Below the pieces are notes generated by a model. It did no database searches. It had not been told where the DNA came from and saw only the letters and a program-made list of their open reading frames with translations. The position numbers and the translations under genes are program-made. From Alphaproteobacteria bacterium (lineage in GTDB: Bacteria > Pseudomonadota > Alphaproteobacteria > UBA828), in assembly GCA_965237415.1 (NCBI GenBank), contig CBDEFM010000002.1, forward strand, positions 608,001 through 672,000: a stretch of 64,000 nt of DNA, in the 5' to 3' direction. Each line of letters opens with the position of its first letter. Position 1 is the first letter of the stretch. Below are positions 1-10,059 of this stretch, piece after piece.

Positions 1-479
1 ATCTCCTCGATCCCTTCGGGCGTCTCGATCTTGGGGAAGAACACCACGTCCCTGTTGGCGGCGCGGAGCGCGGGCGCCGCAGGGCGCTGCCGGTAGCGAT
101 CGTGGGCTATACCGAGTGCGACTCCACGCGCGCCCTTCGGGGCATAGCGGACGTGATCGAGGATGGCGCGCGCCTCCTCGGCGCTCCCGACCTTCGCCGG
201 CTGGATGCCGTCCGCCCCCATGTCCAGAGCACGGGCCACCATGTCGTAGTCGCCGCCGACGGTCGACACGACCACCGGCAGATCGGCTGCCTGGTAGAAG
301 CGCAGCATCCGCTTGAGCTGATCGTAGCCGAAGCCGGAATGTTCCATGTCGAGCAGCGCGTATTCGCAGCCGGCAGCCTTGAGGATCTGCCCCATGCCGG
401 AGCTGTCGAATTCGATCACGAACGAGCCGAATTTGGGCTGCCTCGTGCCCATCATCGCGCGCAAGGCGCCGCTCGGCAT
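1..479 (-). CDS. HpcH/HpaI aldolase family protein (3' part runs off the window)
   Basis: Not in ORF track; manual translation MPSGALRAMMGTRQPKFGSFVIEF...LLDMEHSGFG...ARALDMGADGI...GARGVALG...PKIETPEG is a clear paralog of 486-1277. Confidence 0.85.
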   Translation of the reverse strand, partial: MPSGALRAMMGTRQPKFGSFVIEFDSSGMGQILKAAGCEYALLDMEHSGFGYDQLKRMLRFYQAADLPVVVSTVGGDYDMVARALDMGADGIQPAKVGSAEEARAILDHVRYAPKGARGVALGIAHDRYRQRPAAPALRAANRDVVFFPKIETPEGIEE

Positions 480-485
480 CCCTGC

Positions 486-1277
486 CTATCCCTTCCGCCG
501 GCCGCCGAGCGCGGCCCTCAGGTCGCCGATGCCGCGGGCGAGCGTCTCCCGCAGCAGCCACACGTCCCCAGAATAGCAAATCATGTCGAAACCCGCGTGA
601 TAGGCGGTGATGCCCCTCTCAACATTCATGACGAGGCAGCCGAAGGACTTCTTGTGCCTGACGCAGGCGCGCGCGACACGGTCCTCCGCCGCGGTGAGAT
701 CGGGGTGGTCGAATTGGCCGGGGATGCCGAGCGACGTGCTGAGGTCGAAATGCCCGATCCAGATGCCGTCGATCCCCTCGACCGCGGCTATCTCGTCGAC
801 GTTCTCGATTCCCTCACGGGTCTCCACCAGGAGAAACACGGCGACCCGCTTGTTGGCGGCGCGCATCTTGGTCACCGGAGAACCTGGCGCGTAGCGGTCG
901 TGGGCAACGCCGAGTGCGACACCGCGGTGGCCCAAGGGCGGATACTTTGCGTGGGCCACGATGCGTTGCGCCTCCTCCGCCGTGCCCACCATGGGCGTCA
1001 TGATCCCCTCGGCACCCATGTCCAGGGCCCGGGCGATGTGGTGGTAGTGGCGGGAAGGCACGCGCACGATCGCCGGCAACGACGCCGCCTCCATGTAACG
1101 CAGGAGCTGCTTCACCGTGTCGAAGCCGAAGCCGGAATGTTCCATGTCGAGGAAGACGAACTGGGCACCACCGGCCTTGAGGATGTAGCCGATACCGGGC
1201 GAGGCGAGCTCGATCACGAGCGTGCCGAACTTGGCTCGCCGCGTCCCCGCCATCTCCTTCAACGTGGTCAACGCCAC
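486..1277 (-). CDS. HpcH/HpaI class II aldolase family protein
   Basis: DMEHS, IVRVP, ALDMGA, YPPLGHRG, VET, GHFDLS motifs; GTG start at 1277 chosen after GGGAG. Confidence 0.85.
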   Translation of the reverse strand: MALTTLKEMAGTRRAKFGTLVIELASPGIGYILKAGGAQFVFLDMEHSGFGFDTVKQLLRYMEAASLPAIVRVPSRHYHHIARALDMGAEGIMTPMVGTAEEAQRIVAHAKYPPLGHRGVALGVAHDRYAPGSPVTKMRAANKRVAVFLLVETREGIENVDEIAAVEGIDGIWIGHFDLSTSLGIPGQFDHPDLTAAEDRVARACVRHKKSFGCLVMNVERGITAYHAGFDMICYSGDVWLLRETLARGIGDLRAALGGRRKG

Positions 1278-1429
1278 TCGATGACTCCCGACTCGCCCTC
1301 TTCCATCAGGCTGGCTGGCTCGCGATTCCGCCAGCGCGCACCGAATGTTAGCAGCATTGGCGCGCACCGCCGAATCGGGTTGTGGCGGGACGGTCTCTCC
1401 GGCGTTCCTTGTCGTTGGAAGGAGAAACG

Positions 1430-2116
1430 CTACCCGGCTTCGAGGACAGCCAGGGCCTCATCCGCCGTCATCACGTCGCCGAACTGCTGGATGATAGTTT
1501 CCAGCGCGTTGCGGTGCTCCTCGTCGGAGAGCGCGGCGCAGCAGTCGGCGAGCATCACGGTCTTGAAATCGAGCATCATGGCGTCGCGCGCGGTCGATTC
1601 GCAGCAGACGTCGGTCTTTGTGCCGCCGATGAGCAGCGTATCGATGCCGCGGCCGCGCACCATCGTCTCCAGCGACGAGGAGCCCGCGATCAGCGCGCTG
1701 TAGCGGTTCTTGAAGAGGATCGTGTCGCCCTCGGCGACTTCCAATTCGGGCCAGAGCTTCTGTCCATCGGCGCCGGGGGCGAGCCCGGCGATGGTGCGCT
1801 CACGCGCCTCGTCGGAGACGAAGTGATCGAAGAAGCCCGGCCAGTCCGACGCACCGTCGCGGCTCGTATTGGCGTGGGCGATCCAGTAGATGCGCACCCC
1901 GAGCGCCCTGAGGCGCGCGTTGAGCGCGTTGATCTGCGGTACGATGGCGCGCGCCATCGGCACCTCGACCGGCGCGCCCGGCGCAAGGAAGGTCACCTGC
2001 ATGTCGATGTAGACCGCCGCCGTACGGGCCGGATCGAGCCGCTCGAAGAGGTTCATCCGCCCGCGCCGCTTCACGACCCGGTCGATGATCTCCTGCCGGA
2101 TGGCGATCTCGTGCAT
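1430..2116 (-). CDS. Isochorismatase-family cysteine hydrolase
   Basis: IDMQ, KNRYSA, TDVCCESTARDA catalytic Asp/Lys/Cys motifs. Confidence 0.88.
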   Translation of the reverse strand: MHEIAIRQEIIDRVVKRRGRMNLFERLDPARTAAVYIDMQVTFLAPGAPVEVPMARAIVPQINALNARLRALGVRIYWIAHANTSRDGASDWPGFFDHFVSDEARERTIAGLAPGADGQKLWPELEVAEGDTILFKNRYSALIAGSSSLETMVRGRGIDTLLIGGTKTDVCCESTARDAMMLDFKTVMLADCCAALSDEEHRNALETIIQQFGDVMTADEALAVLEAG

Positions 2117-2125
2117 GGGGCTTCC

Positions 2126-2401
2126 CTACACCCGCACGATGTCGGTGAGGAAGGGATCGCCGGCGAGCGCCGATTCGGTATCGAGCAGGGCGCCGCAGCC
2201 GGGGCAGAAGAAACGCCGCAGCAGGACCCGCTCGGCATTGCTATAGGGCGCGCCGCCGGCGCCCTGCATCGGCTGCTCGTCGAGCCGGGCGGCCTCCTTC
2301 CAGGGCTCCCCTGCCGGGCCAAGGGCGTAGCCACAAGCCATGCAGGCGATGGCGCGGTCCTCGTTCACCACGAGTGTGGCGGATATGCGGGTGCCGCTCA
2401 T
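2126..2401 (-). CDS. Acetone carboxylase gamma-subunit-like zinc-binding protein
   Basis: CMACG...WKE...LRRFFCPGCGALLDTE pattern; overlaps the stop of the hydantoinase B gene. Confidence 0.7.
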   Translation of the reverse strand: MSGTRISATLVVNEDRAIACMACGYALGPAGEPWKEAARLDEQPMQGAGGAPYSNAERVLLRRFFCPGCGALLDTESALAGDPFLTDIVRV

Positions 2402-4227
2402 TCAGCAGCCATCGGCGTCGCCAGGCGGGCTGTGCGGAGCGCTGCACGACGGGCGCGGGTCGCGTCCTCGTCGACCTTGCCGGCCGCCGTCACCACGCCG
2501 TAGACCCGTGCCGCTACGTCCGCCGACACCATGCCGGCCTCGATATCGGCCTGCACCCGCTCTGGCTCCCGCTCCAGCGGGTCGCCGAAGCCGCCGCCGC
2601 CGTCGGAGCGGACATAGAGCGCGTCCTCTCCCTTGAGGGGGAAGACGCCCCAGGAAATGGTCTCGGCCTCGCCTGTCATCTCGTCGAGCGAGGTGGGGAA
2701 GGGATTGACGTTGCGCCCGGCCTCGCTGGCCTCGTTGTTGTGCACCCAGCGATAAGCGCAGGGCGCGCCGGCATAGCCGCCGCCCAGCCCTTCGCTCATG
2801 GAGAACTCGGTGCCCTTGCCGGAGACCACGTAGTTGATGCCGCCCTCGGGCGAATCGTGCTGCACCAGGGCGAACTCGATCGCGTTGCCGCCGCGCCAGC
2901 GGCCCGGCCCGCCGGTATCCAGGCGCGCCCGGCGGAACAGATAGCGCACCGGGAACGTCGCCTCGGTGGTCTCGACGTTGGCCATGCGGCCGATGGGGTT
3001 GGGAATTTCGCCGCCGACATCGATGCCGTCGGCGAAGGTGCGCGCGCCGCCGGCGCCGCCGAAGGTCTCGGTCAGGATGCCGATGGCCTCCTGACGCCGC
3101 TGGTTGAGGCCGAACATGAAGATGGCGAAATGGCTCCCGTGCCAGACCGCCGTTGCTTCCTTCGCGTATTTCTCGCTCGCCGACAGCATCTTGGCGATGC
3201 AGGTACAGGCGGCGTTGTTGACCGACTGGATCGCGCCCACGGTCGCGAGCGAGACCGGCGCCGGCCTGGTGCAGTTCACCACCGAGCCCTCCGGCGCGAT
3301 CATCCTGATCGGTCTGAGAACGCCGTCGTTCCAGGTGATGTCGTAGCAGAGCAAGGGGAAGAGCGGAGCGAAGAAGCCGCCCCAGGAGGCCCAGTAGGTG
3401 CAGTTGATACCGTAGTGGGACTGCGGGCTCGAGCCCGTGAAATCGAACGTGAGCTCGTCGCCCTCCTTGGTCATAGCGAGCAGCACCCGGCAGGTCTCAC
3501 CCTTGATGTCGAAGTACTGCCGCGCCTCCCAGCGGCCATTGGGAAGCTCGCGGAGTCGCTTGCGGAAGAGCGTCTCCGACTGCTCGACCAGCGCAGCACA
3601 GGCCTCGTCCACCGGCCCGGCGCCGTACTTGTCGATCAACGCGCCCATCCGCTCCCGCGCCACATTGTTGGCCGCGATCATGGAGGAGAGGTCGAGCGCC
3701 ACCATCTCCGGCGCGCGCACCATGTTGAGCACCGTATCCATCACATCGCGGCGCATCTCGCCGCCTTCGACCAGCTTGATACCGGGCGAGCTGAAGCCTT
3801 CAGTGAAGATATCGCGCGAATCCGGGCTGAATCCGCCGGGTACCATGGCGCCGATATCGTAGACATGGACGAAGCACGCGCTCCATGCGACCAGCCGCCC
3901 GTCGTGGTGGATAGGCGCCACCAGATAGATGTCCGAGGTGTGGAGCGCCGCCGTGTAGGGACAGTTGGTGAGGAACACGTCGCCCTCGCCGATATCGCCC
4001 TCGAAGCGGCGGATGACCGCCTTGCAGGCCTCGGCGGCGCTGGTCAGATGGTGCAGGAAGCCGACGCCGCCCATGAGCAGCGAGCCGTCCGCGCGGTAGA
4101 GGGAGACCATGAGATCGTGGCCCTCGTTGGTGATCGCACTGCCCGAGACCTGCTTCAGCGTGATCACCGCCTCGTCGATGACGCGGAAGAGCCGATGGCG
4201 GATGATGGAGAAGGTGATCGGGTCCAT
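2398..4227 (-). CDS. Hydantoinase B/oxoprolinase family protein
   Basis: MDPITF start, GDVFLTNCPY...HTSD, ETFGGAGGA, GGPGRWRGG, GGGGFGDPLER. Confidence 0.9.
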   Translation of the reverse strand: MDPITFSIIRHRLFRVIDEAVITLKQVSGSAITNEGHDLMVSLYRADGSLLMGGVGFLHHLTSAAEACKAVIRRFEGDIGEGDVFLTNCPYTAALHTSDIYLVAPIHHDGRLVAWSACFVHVYDIGAMVPGGFSPDSRDIFTEGFSSPGIKLVEGGEMRRDVMDTVLNMVRAPEMVALDLSSMIAANNVARERMGALIDKYGAGPVDEACAALVEQSETLFRKRLRELPNGRWEARQYFDIKGETCRVLLAMTKEGDELTFDFTGSSPQSHYGINCTYWASWGGFFAPLFPLLCYDITWNDGVLRPIRMIAPEGSVVNCTRPAPVSLATVGAIQSVNNAACTCIAKMLSASEKYAKEATAVWHGSHFAIFMFGLNQRRQEAIGILTETFGGAGGARTFADGIDVGGEIPNPIGRMANVETTEATFPVRYLFRRARLDTGGPGRWRGGNAIEFALVQHDSPEGGINYVVSGKGTEFSMSEGLGGGYAGAPCAYRWVHNNEASEAGRNVNPFPTSLDEMTGEAETISWGVFPLKGEDALYVRSDGGGGFGDPLEREPERVQADIEAGMVSADVAARVYGVVTAAGKVDEDATRARRAALRTARLATPMAAE

Positions 4228-4235
4228 GGCGGGCC

Positions 4236-6356
4236 TCAATCGAGTTCGATGATGGTGTTGCGGTAGGCGTCAACTCGGCCGGTTTGGCCGGATTGTACGA
4301 CGATCGTCGTGATCGGGGTGTGAATCACCGCCGGGCCGTTGACGACGTTGCCGGGCACGAGCCGCTCGAAATCGTAGATGTCCGCCGGTGCGAGCCCGCC
4401 CGCGGTCTCCACGAAGATGTCGCGCCGGCCGATCAGCGCTGGCTCCGGGTCGGCGCCGTTGAGCGCGGCCGTCTCGACGGGCGGTCGTTCCACCAGGCCG
4501 CGCGCGGTGAGGCGGAACATCGTCATCTCCATACCAGCGGCGCGGTAGGCAGAGCCCTGGCCGAACTTGCGCTCGTAGAGGGCCTCGAAGTCCGCCGCGA
4601 GGCGGCCCACGGCATCGTCGTCCAAGGGTCCGCCGCCCGCGACCGGCGTCGTCACCTCGTGCACCTGCCGGCCGTATCGCAGGTCGATGGACCAGTCGAG
4701 GGCGATGGCATCGCCCGCGAACCCCTCGGACGTAAGCTGTGCGCGTGCGCGGGCCACCATCGGCGCGTAGATCTCGTTGATCTCGTCGGCCGGGCTCGGT
4801 ACGGGCAGCGTCTTGGTCACGCTGTACTCGTGGACGATATCGGCCGAAAGGAGGCCGAAGGCGGCGTTCACCGAGGCGGTGTAGGGAACCACGATGCGCT
4901 TGACCCCGAGCTCCGCGCCGAACACGCCGCAGAGCAGGCCGCAGCTGCCGCCGAAGGCATGCAGCACGAAATCGCGCGGGTCGAGGCCGCGCTCGACCGT
5001 GATCTCATGGATGAGGTCGGTGATCTGCGCCGCGGCGATGCGGTAGATGCCGATGGCGGCGTCCTCCACGCTCATGCCGAGCGGCGAGGCTATCTTCTCG
5101 GTGAAGACCTGCCGCGCCTTCTCGGCATCGAGCGTAATCGTGCCGCCGAGGAAGGTGCCGGGGTCCATGTAGCCCACGAGAAGCATGACATCGGTGAGAG
5201 TCGGCTCGCTGCCGCCTAGCCCGTAACAGACCGGCCCCGGCCGCGCGCCGGCGCTCGCCGGCCCCACGCCCGGCACGCCGGTCGCGGGGTCGAGCGCGAC
5301 GATGCTGCCGCCGCCGGCGCCTATGGAGACCACCTCGATCTTCGGCGCCACATAGTGATAGCGGTCGACCATCGGCTCGCGGGCGTAGTCGATGGCGCCG
5401 CCCTGGATCACGCCGACCTTGAAGGTCGTGCCTCCCATGTCGCAGGCGATGATGTCCTCGTCTTCCATCAGCCGGCCGAGATGACGGCTGCCGATGACGC
5501 CTGCGGCGGGGCCGCATTCGAGCATACCCACCGCCCGCGCGGCCGCTTCCTCGGCCGGAAGCAGACCGCCATAGCCCTGCATCACCAGGAGCGGCCCGTC
5601 ATAGCCGCGCCCCCGCAGCAGCGCCTGCAGGCTGGTGATGTACTCGCTGGCGATTTGCCCCGCATAAGCATTGATGACCGTGGTGGAGGCGCGCTCGTAT
5701 TCGCCCGGCACCGGCGCGATCTCGCTCGAGAGCGTCACGTAAACGCCGGGCGCAATCTCGCGGATCAGGTCGCCCACGCGCCGTTCGTGGCTATCGTTGT
5801 AGAAGGACCAGAGGAAGGAGACCGCAAGCGCCTCGACCTCGTCGTCGTCCACCAGCGAGCGAACCGCCTGGCGCACCGCCTCTTCGTCCAGCTCGCGCAG
5901 CACCGCGCCCTTGTAGTCCACCCGCTCCGGCACGCCCCTGGTGCGCGAGCCCGGCACCAGCGGCGGGGCCCTGTCGGTCGCCACCGGATGCTTGATGCCA
6001 TCCTCGGTGAGCCCGGCCCAGCGGCCGTAGGCGCCGCGCGTGATCGTCAGGGTGTCTTCGAAGCCTTCGGTGGTGATCAGGCCGGTCCTGGCGCCGGTGC
6101 GGGTGACCAGCGTGTTGTCCACAACCGTCGAGCCGTGCATGAAGAGCGCCGTCTGGGCCAGCAGCGCGTCCGTGGCGATGCCGATGCCCTCCGCCGCAGC
6201 GCCGACGGCGGCGAGCACGCCGTCCGCGAAGTCGGGCGGGGTCGAGAGCGCCTTGCCGAGGCGCACCGGCTCGCCGGCGGCGAACAGCACCGCGTCCGTG
6301 CAGGTGCCGCCGACGTCGGTCGCGACCACATAGCGGGCGTCGCCCTGTTTGCTCAT
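4236..6356 (-). CDS. Hydantoinase A/oxoprolinase family protein
   Basis: DVGGTCTD, HGSTVVDN, EYERASTT, DMGGTT, IGAGGGS, GARPGPVCYG; ATG 6356 after GGAG. Confidence 0.9.
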   Translation of the reverse strand: MSKQGDARYVVATDVGGTCTDAVLFAAGEPVRLGKALSTPPDFADGVLAAVGAAAEGIGIATDALLAQTALFMHGSTVVDNTLVTRTGARTGLITTEGFEDTLTITRGAYGRWAGLTEDGIKHPVATDRAPPLVPGSRTRGVPERVDYKGAVLRELDEEAVRQAVRSLVDDDEVEALAVSFLWSFYNDSHERRVGDLIREIAPGVYVTLSSEIAPVPGEYERASTTVINAYAGQIASEYITSLQALLRGRGYDGPLLVMQGYGGLLPAEEAAARAVGMLECGPAAGVIGSRHLGRLMEDEDIIACDMGGTTFKVGVIQGGAIDYAREPMVDRYHYVAPKIEVVSIGAGGGSIVALDPATGVPGVGPASAGARPGPVCYGLGGSEPTLTDVMLLVGYMDPGTFLGGTITLDAEKARQVFTEKIASPLGMSVEDAAIGIYRIAAAQITDLIHEITVERGLDPRDFVLHAFGGSCGLLCGVFGAELGVKRIVVPYTASVNAAFGLLSADIVHEYSVTKTLPVPSPADEINEIYAPMVARARAQLTSEGFAGDAIALDWSIDLRYGRQVHEVTTPVAGGGPLDDDAVGRLAADFEALYERKFGQGSAYRAAGMEMTMFRLTARGLVERPPVETAALNGADPEPALIGRRDIFVETAGGLAPADIYDFERLVPGNVVNGPAVIHTPITTIVVQSGQTGRVDAYRNTIIELD

Positions 6357-6501
6357 CTCCTGCCTTTCGTCTGCCCGGCGCCATCTTGCCGGGCGGGCAC
6401 GCGAAATCAAGCGACCGTCTGAGCGAACTGGTCGGCGGCGGCACTCTCTCCGGTTACGCGGTGGCCAACGAAATGGGACGGTTCGAGCTTCGCCCAGGCT
6501 C

Positions 6502-7524
6502 TCAGGGCTCCGGCGTCGCTGCGACGCCACACGTCTCCCTGAGGATGAGTTCCGTTTTCAGAACGATACGCTGCGCCGGGGCGTCAGGATTGTCGATCCG
6601 CTCAATCAGCGTTGCCGCGGCTTGCCTGCCCATCTCCTTCCGCGATACCCGCGTGACGCTCAAGGAAGGGCTGACGAGGCTCGACTCCTCCACATCCTCG
6701 TGGCCGATGAGCGCGAAGTTCTTGCCGGGGAACAGACCTTCCTTCGCCAGGCCATGGAACAGCCCGAGAGCGATCGAATCGTTGTAGCTGATCGCGGCAG
6801 TCGGCCGAGGGTCGAGCCCGGCTACCCAGCGCGCCGCCCTGAAGCCTTCGACACGAGTCGGCACCGACGGCCAGACGAGCGCATCGTCGAAAGCGACCGA
6901 TTCCCGCTCGAGTGCTGCCCGATGGCCGCGCAAACGCTCGCCGAAGGGGCTTGCGCTCGGGTGACCGCCAACAACCGCGATCCGGCGATGGCCCAGGTTC
7001 AGCAATCGCTCCGTCGCCAGCCGGCCTGATTCACGATCGTCGCTTACGACGTAGTCGAAGCCCGAATCCAGCATGGCCCGCGACACGAAGACGAGCGGCG
7101 GCACGGGAACATGTCGAGGAGAAAACTGCTCCATCGTGGAGTCGATTGCCGGAGACACGATGATGCCGTCGGCGTTGTATTCCGCCATCGTCCTGATGAA
7201 ATCGGCCTGTCGCTCGCAGGATTCGTTGGTGTTGCACAGAAAAACGGTCCGGCCGGTCTTCGCCAGCTCCTCTTCCAACGATGCGAGCAAGGAACTGAAG
7301 AACGGATCGGAGACATTGTTGAGGATAACGCCAACGGTGTGGGTCTTGGCCGTGCGAAGGCTCGCTGCGCTGCGGGCGTAGATGTATCCATGTTCCGCCA
7401 GGGCGGCCTTGACGCGATTTCGCGTGTTCAGCGAGATCCTCTCGTTGCCGCGCATGGCGAGCGACACGGTGGCCGTGGAGACACCGAGCTGCTCGGCGAT
7501 GTGACGGAGAGTGGGTCTGGTCAA
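6502..7524 (-). CDS. LacI family transcriptional regulator
   Basis: N-terminal TLRHIAEQLGVSTATVS HTH plus periplasmic-binding-like domain ending LILRET. Confidence 0.92.
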   Translation of the reverse strand: MTRPTLRHIAEQLGVSTATVSLAMRGNERISLNTRNRVKAALAEHGYIYARSAASLRTAKTHTVGVILNNVSDPFFSSLLASLEEELAKTGRTVFLCNTNESCERQADFIRTMAEYNADGIIVSPAIDSTMEQFSPRHVPVPPLVFVSRAMLDSGFDYVVSDDRESGRLATERLLNLGHRRIAVVGGHPSASPFGERLRGHRAALERESVAFDDALVWPSVPTRVEGFRAARWVAGLDPRPTAAISYNDSIALGLFHGLAKEGLFPGKNFALIGHEDVEESSLVSPSLSVTRVSRKEMGRQAAATLIERIDNPDAPAQRIVLKTELILRETCGVAATPEP

Positions 7525-7543
7525 TCCTGTCGGCTCGACGGCC

Positions 7544-7556
7544 TGGTACGTTTACA
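7544..7556. promoter_or_regulatory. Possible LacI-type operator (autoregulation)
   Basis: Imperfect palindrome TGGTACGTTTACA with central CG, ~20 bp upstream of the lacI-like start. Confidence 0.3.
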
Positions 7557-7753
7557 CTCTACCGACCTGCGCCACGCTCGCCCCGAGGGAGTTGAAGCAA
7601 GCGCTGGCTCGCACGCCCGGCACATGCCACGCGCGGCTCTTTCGTGGCGATCCGCCGTCCATACGGCGAAGCGCTCCGAGTGGCGGATCGTCTGGAATCG
7701 GTCAGGGCTCAACAGTGTTCGCATTCCGCGGCGGAGACAAGCGCGAATGCAGT

Positions 7754-8416
7754 TCACGGGTCGCCTGCAGGTCTTGGCGAGGGTGCGGCGCAGGCCGCGA
7801 GGCCGGCGAGCAGGGCCGCAAGCACCACCCAACCCTGCCAGGCCCCCATCGTGATGAGGGTGAGTGCGGAAACCGCAAGCCATAGCGCCGGTACGACACA
7901 TAAAAGGGCCATCCACCGGCTGCGCCCCGCGAGCGCAAGCAGGGCGAGCGTGGCCGCGGCGGTCGGATCGGGCGCGACCGCGAAGACTTCCGCCTCGCGC
8001 CAGGTTCGTCCGTCGAGTCGCGCGAGGAACGGCCAGGCCAGAAGCGCCGCCGCCAGAAGCCCGACGGCGGCCTGAGCCCGTCTCCCGCGCCCGGCGAAAA
8101 GCAGCCGGCCCGAGAGGCCGAGCGCCGCCAAGAGTGCGGCCTCGGCATAGAACCCCCAGGCGAGCGATGGCGCGACCCAATTGACCGTCCCGTAACGCAG
8201 CGCCACGAACTGCCATCCGGCCCAGAGCCATGCCGCAGCGAGCGCAGGGCCGAGCCAACGCGCGGACGGCCGCCACCCCCGCAGCAGGCAGAACGCAAGC
8301 AGCGCGCCTGCCGCCAGCAGCAGCGGCTGCGCCGGCCAGACCGCCTCGTTCTCCAACGCGAAGAGCCGCCAATAGACCCGCGGCTCGAACGGCAGGAGAT
8401 CTTCCAGCCCTGCCAT
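7754..8416 (-). CDS. Membrane protein (DUF6064-like)
   Basis: DLLPFEPRVYWRLF...N..VWPAQ and APDPTA motifs, hydrophobic; follows an aldo/keto reductase. Confidence 0.65.
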   Translation of the reverse strand: MAGLEDLLPFEPRVYWRLFALENEAVWPAQPLLLAAGALLAFCLLRGWRPSARWLGPALAAAWLWAGWQFVALRYGTVNWVAPSLAWGFYAEAALLAALGLSGRLLFAGRGRRAQAAVGLLAAALLAWPFLARLDGRTWREAEVFAVAPDPTAAATLALLALAGRSRWMALLCVVPALWLAVSALTLITMGAWQGWVVLAALLAGLAACAAPSPRPAGDP

Positions 8417-8474
8417 CGCGGGCCTCTATGCCGTCCCCGCCTTCCGCGAATCTCCAGGCCCGAACGGCACGGTC

Positions 8475-9377
8475 CTACAGGCTCTGCACATGCTCCGCCA
8501 TGCGCTGGCGCATGGCTGCGTCCGGTACGGGGCCGAAGGCGGCGGACTTGTTCTCGCGCAGATGGTCCAGCCGCCGGGTCGCAGGGATGGCGGCCGTGAC
8601 CGCGGGATGCGAGAGAATGAACTTCAGCAGGAATTGCGGCCAGGTGGACACCTCGATTTCCTGCGCCCAGCCGGGCATCGGGCGGCCCGCGAGCCAGTCC
8701 GGCAGGCGGCCGCGCTGGAACGGGCGGTTGCAGATGACGGCGATGCCGCGCTCGAGGGCGAGCGGCAGCAGGCGCCGTTCCGCCTCCCGATCCACAATGT
8801 TGTAGGTGAGCTGGACGAAATCGGGTGGCCGGCGCCGCATGACCTCCTCAAGCTCGTCGTGCCGGCGTCCGTGCGAGGTGGTGACGCCGACATAGCGCAG
8901 CGCGCCGGCCTCCTTCATGGCGTCGAGGGTGTCGAGATTTTGCTCCCAGTCCAACAGGTTGTGGACCTGCAACAGGTCGAAGCGCGGCACGCTCCAGCGC
9001 CTGGTCGTCTCCGCGATCTGCGCGGGGCCTCCGCCGGCGCGGGTCCAGACCTTGTCGGCGGCGAACAGGCCCGGCGGACGGCCGAGCGCCTCCAGCGCGT
9101 CGCCGATCACCTCCTGCGAGGAGCCGTACATGGGCGAGGAATCGACGATGCCCCCGCCCGCCTCGAAGAAGGCAGCCATGACGGCACGGCATTCGGCGCG
9201 CAGCAGCGGATCGTCGCCCACATTGAAGGTGATCCAGCTTCCGATCCCGACCGCAGGGACCGATTCTCCGGTCGCCGGAATGCGTTTCGAGAGCGTCTCT
9301 CCGGCCGAGAGTTCGAGTCCCGGCACCGCAAGCGTCGCGGCCGCTCCAGCCAGCACCGCCCGGCGTGTCACGCGCAT
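8475..9377 (-). CDS. Aldo/keto reductase (possible Tat signal)
   Basis: TRRAVL leader, GIGSW, DSSPMYG, DLLQVHN, IPAT motifs. Confidence 0.88.
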   Translation of the reverse strand: MRVTRRAVLAGAAATLAVPGLELSAGETLSKRIPATGESVPAVGIGSWITFNVGDDPLLRAECRAVMAAFFEAGGGIVDSSPMYGSSQEVIGDALEALGRPPGLFAADKVWTRAGGGPAQIAETTRRWSVPRFDLLQVHNLLDWEQNLDTLDAMKEAGALRYVGVTTSHGRRHDELEEVMRRRPPDFVQLTYNIVDREAERRLLPLALERGIAVICNRPFQRGRLPDWLAGRPMPGWAQEIEVSTWPQFLLKFILSHPAVTAAIPATRRLDHLRENKSAAFGPVPDAAMRQRMAEHVQSL

Positions 9378-9554
9378 GAGGAGTCTCCCTTCCTGCCTTC
9401 CGCAAGATTAGAGTGTTGCCCCACCTGAGTGAATCGCTTGTTCAGGACAGTTCCCGGTCGCGACGCGGCAATTGGCGATAGCGGCGGGAGGCGGGGAGGG
9501 GTAGCATTCCAGCAGGCATTTGGGCCCGCAATGCACGGGCAAGGGGGGCAAGCG

Positions 9555-10046
9555 ATGAAGAGACGCGCATGGATAGCGGGCGCGGCGGCGCTGGCGATGG
9601 CGCTGGCCGTATTCACCGGATCGGGCATGGCGAGCGCCCAGGAGGACCACTCGGGCGCGGTCAAGGCCCGCCAAGCCTATATGCAGCTCAACGGCTTCTA
9701 CATGGGCCAGCTCGCAGCAATCGCGAAGGGCCAGGTTCCCTACGACGCGGCCCAGGCGACCGGGGTCGCCAACAGTCTGCTCGCGCTCGCCAGCATGGAC
9801 GTGGGCGCCATGTGGCCGCCGGGATCCGGCAACGACAACCCGGCGCTCGCGGGCAAGACCCGGGCCTTGCCCGAGATCTGGACCACCTTCCCGGCGGTGG
9901 TCGAGAAGGCCGACGCACTAAGCAAGGCGCTGGAGGCGATGGTGGTGGCGGCGGGAACCGACCTCGCCAGCCTTCAGGGTGCCTTCGGCGCCGTCGGTGC
10001 CGGCTGCGGCGGCTGCCATCGCAGCTTCCGCGCCGAGAAGTTCTGA
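9555..10046 (+). CDS. Cytochrome c' / c556 (class II cytochrome c)
   Basis: Signal peptide, ARQAYM, ALPEIW, C-terminal CGGCH heme motif. Confidence 0.9.
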   Translation: MKRRAWIAGAAALAMALAVFTGSGMASAQEDHSGAVKARQAYMQLNGFYMGQLAAIAKGQVPYDAAQATGVANSLLALASMDVGAMWPPGSGNDNPALAGKTRALPEIWTTFPAVVEKADALSKALEAMVVAAGTDLASLQGAFGAVGAGCGGCHRSFRAEKF

Positions 10047-10059
10047 CGCGGGGTTATTT

